A stretch of 64,000 nucleotides of DNA from assembly GCA_951406725.2 (NCBI GenBank), contig OX597816.1, positions 153,078,001-153,142,000 on the forward strand. Direction: 5' to 3'. Below, piece after piece: positions 37,754 through 50,029 of this stretch. Position 1 is the first letter of the stretch. The number at the start of each line of letters is the position of its first letter. The position numbers and the translations under genes were made by a program. Source of the stretch: Octopus vulgaris. Lineage: Eukaryota. A model generated the notes under the pieces. It searched no databases. It was given only the letters and a program-made list of their open reading frames with translations, and was not told the DNA's origin.

Positions 37754-39290
37754 TTACCTGTTTAATTAGGATTGTCCGGTGGAGGGGGACCCTCCACCTT
37801 TTTTTAATCCAGGGTCGGAGGTGGACGGTCTTGGGAAATAGATTTGTCAAAATCCCGTCTCACCACCGACACAGAATTATCAGGCGGAGGGAGAATCTCC
37901 ACCTTTTCCTTTTCTCGCGGGATCGGGGCTGGTAATCCATGAAATATCGACTTGTTAAAATCTAATCTCAATGAAGATACAGTCTTTCTGTATTTATTTT
38001 GTAGAATTCTATAAGTCTTATTTGAGACTTCATATTTGTCATAATTGATAAATTCCTCTGAAAGGTTATCTATTTTTTTACAGTCTTTATGAGTTGAATG
38101 TCTCTCATGAGCTCAGTATCTTTAGTGTATACGGCTATTATGCCTTTTTCTTCTTTTTCTCTTCTGGCAGTCTTTTTTGGTCGTTGTTCTGTAGTAGTCG
38201 CCGCTCTCGGCTGGGTTGCTGGTTGTATTTTTCTTTTGTTTGTTGTTTTTTTCTCATCTGTTTCTTCTTTATCTTCTTCCTCTTTGTCTTTTTTCTCCTC
38301 TTCCTCCTCTTCTTCATTTTCCTTGCATTTCCTTCGAATGTGGCCTAATTGACCACATAAAAAAACATCGAGGTTTTCGGCCCTCAACAAACACCACGAG
38401 GGTCTCCTCCCCTACCTCAATTGTCTCGGGAATAGCTTGAATTATTTTAGGGTCCGCTTGAATGAGAAGATTAATTGTTTGACCATCCCAGCGTGGGTTT
38501 TCCGTAGCGGTAACCTGGAGGAGAGTAATTTTTTCTACCTCTTTGATTAGGACTGCCGCCAACAACCACATATGTTCGACCTCTGGCGGGACCCTTGTAA
38601 TTTTTATTCTCGACGTCCTCATCCCCATATAATAGGGGATGAGCTCCACGTCGTTCGTTTTCAACGTTTCAATTGAGTTCTTGTGTGCTATTTCTTTATT
38701 GGTGAACCTTACTTCCACCGTTCCGAATTTTTTCCTCTTCTCAGATATACTACGTCGCCCCATATTGGCTTTAAGCACTTTTCTATTTTCTCTTCTGACA
38801 TTCTTTCAATTTTTCTTTTTTGTAGACAATATGTTTTGAAAATTATTGTTTCTTGCTTTTCTTCTTGTAATAACTTTTGCGGAGGTTCAATTTTCACACC
38901 GTTGTCAGTTATTTTCATCATTTTGGCTGTATTTCATAAAGTCGCTTTTATTCGTCGACAGTATCGGGTTCCACCCCCAGCAGCCAACGCAAAACTTTTT
39001 TTTCTATTTTTTGGTTCTATCTGGATGCTAGGCACATCAATTATTCTCTTCGACACAATGCCTTTGTTCTCTGGCAAAGTCGGAAGCTCTTCTGGTGAAA
39101 GTTCTGACGAGCCCTCAGACACATCTCCAAAAATATCAAATATATTATCCTCTCTGCTATTCCTTCTTGTAGCGGGGGAAACCCCTATTTCCTTGTCTGT
39201 AGTTGGCTCCTCGCCGGACATGTATTTCCTCCTCTCAACAGGAGAAACAAGTATTTCTGCTCCAACGGTAGGCTCCATGCTAGACGACAT
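37754..39290 (-). pseudogene. Tx1 LINE copy 1 ORF1 (gag-like, CCHC zinc knuckle, acidic/basic tract), frameshifted
   Basis: VFVEGRKPRCF-LCGQLGHIRRKC across a homopolymer frameshift; lies directly upstream of ORF2. Ends are approximate. Confidence 0.85.
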
Positions 39291-39455
39291 TCTTCCCCCC
39301 AAAGGGGGAATGAACAACGCGTGCTACCACAAGCACTAAGTGTTTTCAAATTGAAAACTCCAACAGTTAAGTTATTCAACAGTTTAACAAGAAACAACAG
39401 TTGTTAACAATATTAACACCACGAAACAGCAATTCTTACTTCACGAACACATGTG

Positions 39456-39520
39456 CGGCAGACGAAATACGGCTACGCATTTCGTCCGGCGTGCTAACGT
39501 TTCTGCCAGCTCGCCGCCTT
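39456..39520 (-). mobile_element. 5' tRNA-like head of the same SINE (also at 33008-33072 and 45905-45969)
   Basis: Minus strand AAGGCGGCGAGCTGGCAGAAACGTTAGCACGCCGG with an A-box-like motif; matches 49174-49238. Confidence 0.9.
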
Positions 39521-40800
39521 GAGCGGACCTATGATTAATGGCATTCTTTTTTGTGTCCATTCCAATAATTATTTTCAGGTAATATGTATCGTGGCTACAT
39601 TGCCCAGTATGTACGAATTTAAGACAGCGATTAAGAGTGCGATTTCAAAAAGATTAGGGGATTGTTATTTCTAGCAGATCGAACAACCATGCAGAAGTTT
39701 ACTCGTTAGTTCCAAACGCCTTCTTGTCAAGATACATGATTAGGTATCGTGACAAGCGATACTTCTTACTGGATAGCAAGCCTAACGTGTTTAACATCTA
39801 GGAGGATTTGAACTCATTAAAGCTCTCGTTAGTTTTACTCTGTCACTGCAACAACCAAAATATTATTTAAAAAGGGTAAATTGGCCATTGTCTACTGTTT
39901 ACTTTGATTGAATAAAGCCTTGCCATTTGTTGAAGCACAACTACGTCTGCCTTATTTTTATTACAAAAAAAGTATGGTGTTAGGCTTCTCCTTGGGGTTA
40001 TTTACAGAAGGAACTTCTACATGCTGATATAAGGTACTTAAAACAACAACAAACTTTTTGCATTGGTATGATGTGTGACAGTAGGCTTCTCTGTGGATTT
40101 CAAAACCACAGTTTCATGGAGTAGTTTCACCTGTTCTGTTTTAACGAATTGTTCCGACTAAACAAGTTTCGTTTTGCGAGCTGTAAAGGCTATGCAATTA
40201 CTGAATATCTAAAACGTCACATGTATTTATAAGCAAAAGCAGGTGCAAGTTTCAAAAGTTACCAATGCGTCAACTGACGCATGTGGTCTTTATAGGTAGA
40301 ATGTGGTTTATTATTTTTTTTACAGTTGATGTTTTTTACAGTTCAACTACTATAAACGCACGTATCATACCTATTTCTTTACTACCCCTAAGGGGCTAAA
40401 CACAGAGAGGACTAACAAGGACAGACAAACGGATTAAGTCGATTATATCGATCCCAGTGCGTAACTGGTACTTAGTTTATCGACCCCGAAAGGATGAAAG
40501 GCAAAGTCGACCTCGGCGGAATTTGAACTCAGAACGTAACGGCAGACGAAATACGAATTTCTTTATTGCCCACCGGGGGCCAAACATAGATATGGACAGT
40601 ACAACTGATGGGATCAGTGAATCGATATGATTTTACATAAATGTGACATCAAAAATAAAATACAATACATAAAAATCGAATGGAATACACAGTACAAAAA
40701 CAATACAAATGAAGCGATGATCAAGTTACGCTCCGATCCCACAAGCCCCGATCTACCGCTGATACCTTTTTATTTTTCCTTTTTTTTTTTCCTCGTCTAT

Positions 40801-43800
40801 TCACACGGTTCCTTGCACGCACAACACTCGTGCAACATACTTCCATCTCTTTTGGAACGTACACTCTGACAGACACCTCTTCTCCAGCCACAGTTTCCTT
40901 TTCAAATGAAAAGAAAAAAAGGATCGTAAATTGTCACCAGAGATAAAGTTACCTGTCTTAATTCCTTTTATCCTAGTATTCCATACAGCCTCTTTTGCTA
41001 TTGCTACAACCGTGAGAAAACAATTCTTACCTTCGTTCGTTAGAACTCCCGGTGGGTCAATTTTTATAATTGACTCAGTCGACAGCCGTACTCTTCCTTC
41101 GCCGGACAACAGATGTTCAGCATAAGCCCACATTTCAGTTATCTCCGGACACTGAACAATAGCGTGAGGGACGGTTTCCCTGTCCCCCCGCATCTTGGAC
41201 AGGTCGGCGACTGACGTTTACCATGTCTTGCGAGCTTATCCCAAACGGGCAAGGCACCTCTGTAGCATTGCCAGGTTAAGGACTTTTGGAAGTTGTCCAA
41301 CGTTCTCAACCCGAATGTACGATGAAACAAGCTGTCCAGTTGAATAAATCCGAGACCTAGAGTCGACCCCAGGCCATCGTCGCATTCAGACTCTACCAAC
41401 CCACTATATAAAATCCGTGTGGAACCCCCACCGCTGGCGTTGCCCGAGCGCCGGAACAGCAAGAGGGCCTTACGGCACTCTTTATGCCACTCACTCGACC
41501 TCGGTCTACGAGAACACCAGGCTTCCTGTTCGCAAAAACTCTTGAGCTCAGGGAACATTTGTCTGGCCAGCGGAGACCACACCCGTTCACTATCCAGGAG
41601 AATCCAGAGGTGCCTCAACCTCAACGCATGTCTGCGCATCATTAACCAAGGCATCCCTAAACCTCCATTTAAAGGCTTTTGACAGCAGACAGAGCGTTTC
41701 ACAAGTGGCGACCTGCCCTTCCACAAAAAGCGAAAGAGCTGTCTCTCCAACCTGATCAACCACGAATCCGGACAGGGCACGACAGTCAGGCGGTAGGTAA
41801 TGACTGATGCGATAAACACATTGGCCACTTCCGCCCTCCCTTTCAGGGATAGCCACCGCCAAGACCAGGTCTTGACTACTGCAGCCACCCTGCTCAATAC
41901 CTCCGTCCAGTTCTTCTCTATCTGGAGGCCTGGTCCAAACCAGACTCCCAGCAACTTAACCGGTCCCTCCGTCCAGCGCCTAACAACACTGTCTGAAGGC
42001 ATCGACTTGCCAACCCAGGTGCCGAGCTGCAAGCCGACCGACTTTTCCCGGTTAATCTTTGCTCCTGCTACCTCCTCGTAAGCCTCAATAGTCTTACCTA
42101 CTTCACGTAGGCGTGCCACTGTGGTTACACTGATAGTGATATCATCCGCGAAAGCCGTAACAAACTCCTCTAGTCCTGGTTCTCTCGGGATGCCACTCAA
42201 CCTTTGCAGTAATGGCTCGAGAGCCATCACATACAAAAGTGGTGAAAGCGGACATCCTTGACGAACCGAGCGTCTGATGCAGAACGGCTTCGAAAGGAAA
42301 CCGTTCACCCGAACTATCGAGTCAATGTTGTGGTACAAAGCGATAAACCACCTGAGGAAGCCAAGGCCCAGGCCAAACCGCGCAAGTACAGTCGCTAGGT
42401 ATCGATGGTCAACCCTATCAAAAGCTTTAGACTGGTCCAAATGCACCAATGCCCCACCTTTGCCAGATTTATTACCAAACCTCTCTATGGTATAGCGAAT
42501 AAGATGGAGGGTATCCTGAATGGTTCTGCCTGGGATGGCACATGTCTGTGCCTCCCCGACTATACCATTCGCGACACGCGCCAACCTTTTTGCTAGAACC
42601 TTGGCCAAAATCTTCACTTCTGCGTTTAACAGAGTGATGGGCCTGAAATTCTCTAGAACGTCCCCCTTGTCCGGGTCCTTTCTGACCAACGTCACTACTC
42701 CCCGGCGCACAGATCTGGGGATAAACCCATTCTGTTTCCAGTTCGCGTACACGTCAGTCAGTAGTTGCCCGAACAAGTCTGGCATACATTTATACAGCTC
42801 GTACGGAAGACCATCAAGTCCCGGTGACTTACCCGCTTTACAATCGGCCAAAGCCTCCATCACCTCCTCAAGTGTGATTGGCCCTTCGCAAGACTCCGCA
42901 TCCGACCCCGAGAGGCACGGCAGCCCGGTAAGAAAATCCTCGAGGGCTCTCCCACCACCAGGACCGCCGTCACCCCCGAACAGCTGGGCGAAGTACTCCC
43001 GAAAGACCTCACACATTTTCTCGGGTTCGTTTATCAAGACACCATTTTGATTCGTCAAAGACCGAATAGAGGAACTATTTCCTTGCCGAGCTTCCACCAC
43101 TCGGGCCCATCCAGCGGCTTTGATTCCTTCACTTCCCATTGCACGTAACTTAGCTCTGGTAATACTTCCCATGTGGTGGGCTTCAAGATGCTGGTTTAAC
43201 TCCAGTCTTTTCACCCTCGCTTGGTCTGTATTACCAGTCCTCCAGGCTTCTTCTAGTTCCTTAACTAGACCATCTCCTATTTTACGTCCCTTCTTAGCTA
43301 AACTTATGCTAAACCTAATAGACTCATATTTGATGGCTCTTTTTAGGGCGTACCACTATTTGTTATTAATGATGGTACCTGTTAATGCCCTCTGTATTAA
43401 CATCTTGATCCGCTTTCTGTACTCCTCAATCGCCAAAAGGGACGTATTGAGTTTCAAGTAGCCAGATCCCTGTCTATGCAACTTATCTACCGTCAGTTTA
43501 CAGGTAACCATCTTGTGGTCACTGTAGCTGACTAGAAAAAACTGTGGACACTCAACTATGGACTTATCTTTTTCTCTAATTAAAATCCTATCTAGATATG
43601 TTCTGGTAGACCCGTCACTATTTGACCACGTCCACTGTGGAGTGTTCGGGTGCTCCAACCTATATGGATCTGCTAGCTGAAATTGACTTAGCAGATCCCG
43701 AAAGCCTGTGTTACATTTTCTGTTCATGTTCGAGTTTGAGCCAACACAATCTGTGTGTGCTGCACATATTGTATTAGAGTCTCCTAACACTACTAGTGAA

Positions 43801-44200
43801 TGCGACGTGGCTAGGAACTTTCCTAGGCCACGAAAATATTCAGTTTGCGGGCCAATAATGTTTGGTGCATAAATAGCGACCAGCCTGATTGTCTTGCCAC
43901 AACTGAATGTCAAGTCGAGAACGACCAGCCTGCCTTCTGGGTCAGAAAAAACCAACTTTTTCTCGGCTACCCGGTTTCTTTTTAGTAGGACCAACACCCC
44001 ACCCCACCTCCCGCCCGACTCGGAGAAACGTATTTCTCGTAGCCGTTCAGGAGGGGGAGCAGATCTCTTGGCCCCTTCACCCGGGTTTCCGTTGCAACAA
44101 TTACATCCAAATTTCTCGACCTGATGTCATTCAGAAAGCGTCCTTGCTTCCAGCTTGACAACAGGCCATGAACATTTAAACAACCAATGTGAATAGCCAT
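40801..44200 (-). pseudogene. Tx1 LINE copy 2 ORF2 with shared frameshifts and an in-frame TAG at 43356
   Basis: ORFs 43982-44203, 43356-43997, 41139-43214 (uninterrupted RT core) and 40801-41193. Confidence 0.93.
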
Positions 44201-44203
44201 CAC

Positions 44204-45740
44204 TTACCTGTTTAATTAGGATTGTCCGGTGGAGGGGGACCCTCCACCTTTTTTTATCCAGGGTCGGAGGTGGACGGTCTTGGGAAATAGATTTGTCAAA
44301 ATCCCGTCTCACCACCGACACAGAATTATCAGGTGGAGGGGGAATCTCCACCTTTTCCTTTTCTCGCGGGATCGGAGCTGGTAATCCATGAAATATCGAC
44401 TTGTTAAAATCTAATCTCAATGAAGATACAGTCTTTCTGTACTTATTTTGTAGAATTCTATAAGTCTTATTTGAGACTTCATATATGTCGTAATTGATAA
44501 ATTCCTCTGAAAGGTTATCAATTTTTTTTACAGTCTTTATGAGTTGAATGTCTCTCATGAGCTCAGTATCTTTAGTGTATACGGCTATTATGCCTTTTTC
44601 TTCTTTTTCTCTTCTGGCAGTCTTTTTTGGTCGTTGTTCTGTAGTAGTCGCCGCTCTCGGCTGGGTTGCTGGTTGTATTTTTCTTTTGTTTGTTGTTTTT
44701 TTCTCATCTGTTTCTTCTTTATCTTCTTCCTCTTTGTCTTTTTTCTCCTCTTCCTCCTCTTCTTCATTTTCCTTGCAGTTCCTTCGAATGTGGCCTAATT
44801 GACCACATAAAAAAACATCGAGGTTTTCGGCCCTCAACAAACACCACGAGGTTCTCCTCCCCTACCTCAATTGTCTCAGGAATTGTTTGAATTATTTTAG
44901 GGTCCGCTTGAATGAGAAGATTAATTGTTTGACCATCCCAGCGTGGGTTTTCCGTAGCGGTAGCCTGGAGGAGAGTAATTTTTTCTACCTCTTTGATTAG
45001 GACTGCCGCCAACAACCACATAGGTTCGACCTCTGGCGGGACCCTTGTAATTTTTATTCGCGACGTCCTCATCCCCATATAATAGGGTATTAACTCCACG
45101 TCGTTCGTTTTCAACGTTTCAACTGAGTTCTTGTGTGCTATTTCTTTATTGGTGAACCTTACTTCCACCGTTCCGAATTTTTTTCCTCTTCTCAGAAATA
45201 CTACGTCGCCCAATATTGGCTTTAAGCACTTTTCTATTTTCTCTTCTGACATTCTTTCAATTTTTCTATTTTGTAGACAATATGTTTTGAAAATTATTGT
45301 TTTTTGCTTTTCTTCCTGTAATAACTTTTGCGGAGGTTCAATTTTCACACTGTTGTCAGTTATTTCCATCATTTTGCTGTATTTCATAATTTCGCTTTTA
45401 TTCGTCGACAGTATCTGGGTTCCACCCCCAGCAGCCAACGCAAAACTTTTTTTTCCATTTTTTGGTTCTATCTGGATGCTAGGCACATCAATTATTCTCT
45501 TCGACACAATGCCTTTGTTCTCTGGCAAAGTCGGAAACTCTTCTGGTGAAAGTTCTGACGAGCTCTCAGACACATCTCCAAAAATATCAAATATATTATC
45601 CTCTCTGCTATTCCTTCTTGTAGCGGGGAAACCCCTATTTCCTTGTCTGTAGTTGGCTCCTCGCCGGACATGTATTTCCTCCTCTCAACAGGAGAAACAA
45701 GTATTTCTGCTCCAACGGTAGGCTCCATGCTAGACGACAT
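44204..45740 (-). pseudogene. Tx1 LINE copy 2 ORF1, frameshifted
   Basis: ORFs 45492-45767, 44764-45573 and 44127-44840, with the CCHC knuckle. Ends are approximate. Confidence 0.85.
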
Positions 45741-46999
45741 TCTTCCCCCCAAAGGGGGAATGAACAACGCGTGCTACCACAAGCACTAAGTGTTTTCAAT
45801 TGAAAACTCCAACAGTTAAGTTATTCAACAGTTTAACAAGAAACAACAGTTGTTAACAATATTAACACCACGAAACAGCAATTCTTACTTCACGAACACA
45901 TGTGCGGCAGACGAAATACGGCTACGCATTTCGTCCGGCGTGCTAACGTTTCTGCCAGCTCGCCGCCTTGAGCGGACCTATGATTAATGGCATTCTAGCT
46001 GTGTCCATTCCAATAATTATTTTCAGGTAATATGTATCGTGGCTACATTGCCCAGTATGTACGAATTTAAGACAGCGATTAAGAGTGCGATTTCAAAAAG
46101 ATTAGGGGATTGTTATTTCTAGCAGATCGAACAACCATGCAGAAGTTTACTCGTTAGTTCCAAACGCCTTCTTGTCAAGATACATGATTAGGTATCGTGA
46201 CAAGCGATACTTCTTACTGGATAGCAAGCCTAACGTGTTTAACATCTAGGAGGATTTGAACTCATTAAAGCTCTCGTTAGTTTTACTCTGTCACTGCTAC
46301 TTAGGTACATTGATCTGTACCTCCTCGCTTCACTTATTTATAGCTAAATGGGCTGAGTCATTGAGAATTAAATGTCTTTGCCGATTTTATATTGCAGTAC
46401 TTGTAACGTGGAAATATACTAACACTGACAGGCTGACGACCAAGATGCCTATAAGTGAATTAGTATTGCTTTGTTTAGTTAAGCTCTGGACGAGGGAGTG
46501 AGAGAGAAAGAAAGAAAGAAAGGAAGGAAGGAAGGAAGGAAGGAAGGAAGGAAGGAAGGAAGGAAGGAAGAAAGAAAGAAAGACAAAGAGAGAAAGAGGG
46601 AGAGAACGGAATGGAGACAGGGATTGGGAGCAAACAAAGGTATAAAATAGCATCAAATGATTAAATAAAGATCTGATGTTCAAAAATCAAATTCCCATTC
46701 ATCTGTCGAATGCTATATGAAAATCCAATAAACAGATAAGCACAGAATCAAAGATCAAATCACCGAGGGAATGTGATATTTCTAATTAATACAGCTATAA
46801 GGAAATATCGAATTATCGAATTTGGTATCGAACCAACAAACCTTGAGATACTTGTGATAAAGAACCGATTGAAGTCAGATAAAAATTCCCCAGCAACCTT
46901 TATGGATTGGTGATCAAATAGGATGGATGAGAGACCTTCTAAATTCTAAACATCATGATATATCAATGTTTATATTTCTGCCATGAATATCAGTGGACA

Positions 47000-47174
<175 letters not shown>

Positions 47175-47263
47175 CAGAACTTGTAGGATGATCTGATACA
47201 TACATACATACATACATACATTGAACGCCTCGCGTCACTTTCTTATTTCTCCAAGTAAGTTTT

Positions 47264-47298
<35 letters not shown>

Positions 47299-47395
47299 TA
47301 TGATATATATATATACATATATATATATATACATATATATGATATATATATATATATATATATATATGATATATATATATATATATATATATATG

Positions 47396-47459
<64 letters not shown>

Positions 47460-48055
47460 AAAGCGGCTGGAAGCAATATAAAAACAGAAATGAAAATTTC
47501 AAGTGTCATTAAAGCGACTGAGAGTGCAGGGTAGCACTTACATTGCTAAAGACAAAAGTCAAAGACCCTTATAGCTGCAAAAAACCCATGTCTATGCACT
47601 AATAGGACAGGTAACTGCCCCACAATGAACGAGGTCACTATACTAGCTAGTCACGCTTAGCTCATTAGAAGTGACTACTCTGTCGCTGATGGTTAGGCTA
47701 AATCCCAGCTGTCAGTATATACCATATACCATATATATATATATATAGACTACATACTAATCCAACACAGAGGAGTATGATGCAGACTCCCATGCAACGG
47801 AAATTTAGGAGATGTGATCGATGAAATTATTTCATCTTCCGCCCCCGCACAAAAAGAATCGGGATGCATGAGAGGTGAATATATTTATTTCAACACTTCT
47901 CATCCTTTCGATTACGGCCGTTTCGCAGTCTTCTTCATGTAACAATAATTTCAGTGCATAATAAATTATATTCATATGTCTGCACTAATATGCATGCTAC
48001 GCATTATACAATACAATTGTACATTCGCAAATCATTGCAGATAAAGGAAGCTAGC

Positions 48056-48577
<522 letters not shown>

Positions 48578-48665
48578 AAACACCCCCCATCCTTGGGCAA
48601 GTGTCTTCTACTATAGCCCGGGCCGACCAAAGCCTTGTGAGTGGATTTGGCAGGCTTGTTTTAAT

Positions 48666-49238
48666 ATTCTTTTCTACTCTAGGCATAAGGCCCGAAATTT
48701 TTGAGGAGGGGGCCAGTCGATTAGATCGACCTGAATACGCTACTAATACTTAATTTATCGACCCCGAAAGGATGAAAGGCAAAGTCAACCTCGGCGGAAT
48801 TTGAACTCAGAACGTAACGGCAGACGAAATACCTATTTCTTTACTACCCACAAGGGGATAAACACAGAGAGGACAAACAAGGACAGACAAACAGATTAAG
48901 TCGATTAGATCGACCCCAGTGCGTAACTGATACTTATTCAATCGACCCCGAAAGGATGAAAGGCAAAGTCGACCTCGGTGGAATTTGAACTCAGAACGTA
49001 ATACCTATTTCTTTACTACCCACAAGGGGCTAAACACAGAGAGGACAAACAAGGACAGACAAACAGATTAAGTCGATTAGATCGACCCCAGTGCGTAACT
49101 GATACTTATTCAATCGACCCCGAAAGGATGAAAGGCAAAGTCGACCTCGGTGGAATTTGAACTCAGAACGTAGCGGCAAACAAAATACCGCTTAGCATTT
49201 CGCCCGGCGTGCTAACGTCTCTGCCATCTCACCGCCTT
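48666..49238 (-). mobile_element. Nested head-to-tail SINE array: host SINE body (48666-48832), two Tx1-tailed units (48833-49004, 49005-49188) and one tRNA head
   Basis: Three SINE bodies but only one head; junction cggcagacgaaatac|ctatttctttac at 48832. Confidence 0.9.
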
Positions 49239-50029
49239 GAGCTAGTTTTAATATTGCAATGCTAAATTAATTTATGTAAAGTTTTCTATGATATCTAAGT
49301 CCTATATCGCATAAAAACTGAAACGCTTCTAAGTCAGCTATTTTATCTATATCCATTCTTCGGTGAGTAAACCTCAGGAAGAGAATTAACCAGTATGTTA
49401 TAAAAGCATCTGAGCAATAACCAATTTATTCCCTATTATCATCTTCTGGGGAATCATGATAAATTCAAAGCGTTTCAGTTTTCTAGAAATATATAATCGC
49501 AACTTCAGCTTCCAACAATGGAACATGCAGAAATCTGAACATATTACAACTTCTCTGGCAGAAAAGAAAACCGAAGAAAAACTGAGCTGAAAAAGTGTTT
49601 CACATTTTTAACTAAACAATTTTGACCGGTGCATGGATAACACTTTCAAAAATGATTTCGTGAATGTTCTCTTCATTAAATGAACGTTAATTATGTATTA
49701 GGACTTTAACACTTTCTTGGATGTGACAGCATAGTAATTCTCATTGCAATTCCTCCCAGACATGTCATGCGAATTGTGCTAACACTACTTTCAATCTTTC
49801 GAAAATTCTTTCTAGTTTTTCAGACAACAATATATTCACAAACCGATTGTTGTTTCAAGTATTCAGGAAACAATGAAATGATAAGATAAGCATGAACTCA
49901 TGGTTTAAAATTTTTGGCACATGGCCAGTAATTTTAGAGGAAGAGGTCTTGTTGAATACATCAATCCCAGTATTTGATTGGTACTTTATTGTATTTCAGC
50001 TTAAGTCATCAATGTTAGTAAGACAGAAT

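Larger units (their letters stand above)
34105..39455 (-). mobile_element. Full-length Tx1/L1-clade non-LTR retrotransposon, copy 1, inserted in a tRNA-derived SINE
   Basis: ORF1 with CCHC knuckle; ORF2 with APE endonuclease, RT and C-terminal CCHC; 3' end GGGCAATAAAGAAATTC; 15-bp TSD cggcagacgaaatac at 34090-34104 and 39456-39470. Confidence 0.95.
40555..45904 (-). mobile_element. Full-length Tx1/L1-clade LINE, copy 2 (tandem duplicate)
   Basis: Near-identical to copy 1 at an offset of about 6450; TSD at 40540-40554 and 45905-45919. Confidence 0.95.
33000..46297. repeat. Tandem amplification A-B-L-A-B-L-A, period about 6450 bp (A = 33000-33399, 39448-39849, 45897-46297)
   Basis: Direct sequence identity between the units; the third A diverges after tgtcactgc. 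Confidence 0.95.

Noticed and set aside
33000-39849. LTR retrotransposon with segment A as 400-bp LTRs
   Set aside because: The internal ORFs are APE-type non-LTR, with no integrase, protease or primer-binding site; A is a SINE head plus flanking DNA.
34482-45652. Plus-strand ORFs overlapping the LINEs (for example 36070-36600 and 38683-39339)
   Set aside because: They are antisense shadows of the LINE coding sequence with no independent motifs.
48833-49188. Direct repeats resembling a CRISPR array or satellite
   Set aside because: Eukaryotic context, no unique spacers, and the units are SINE bodies.
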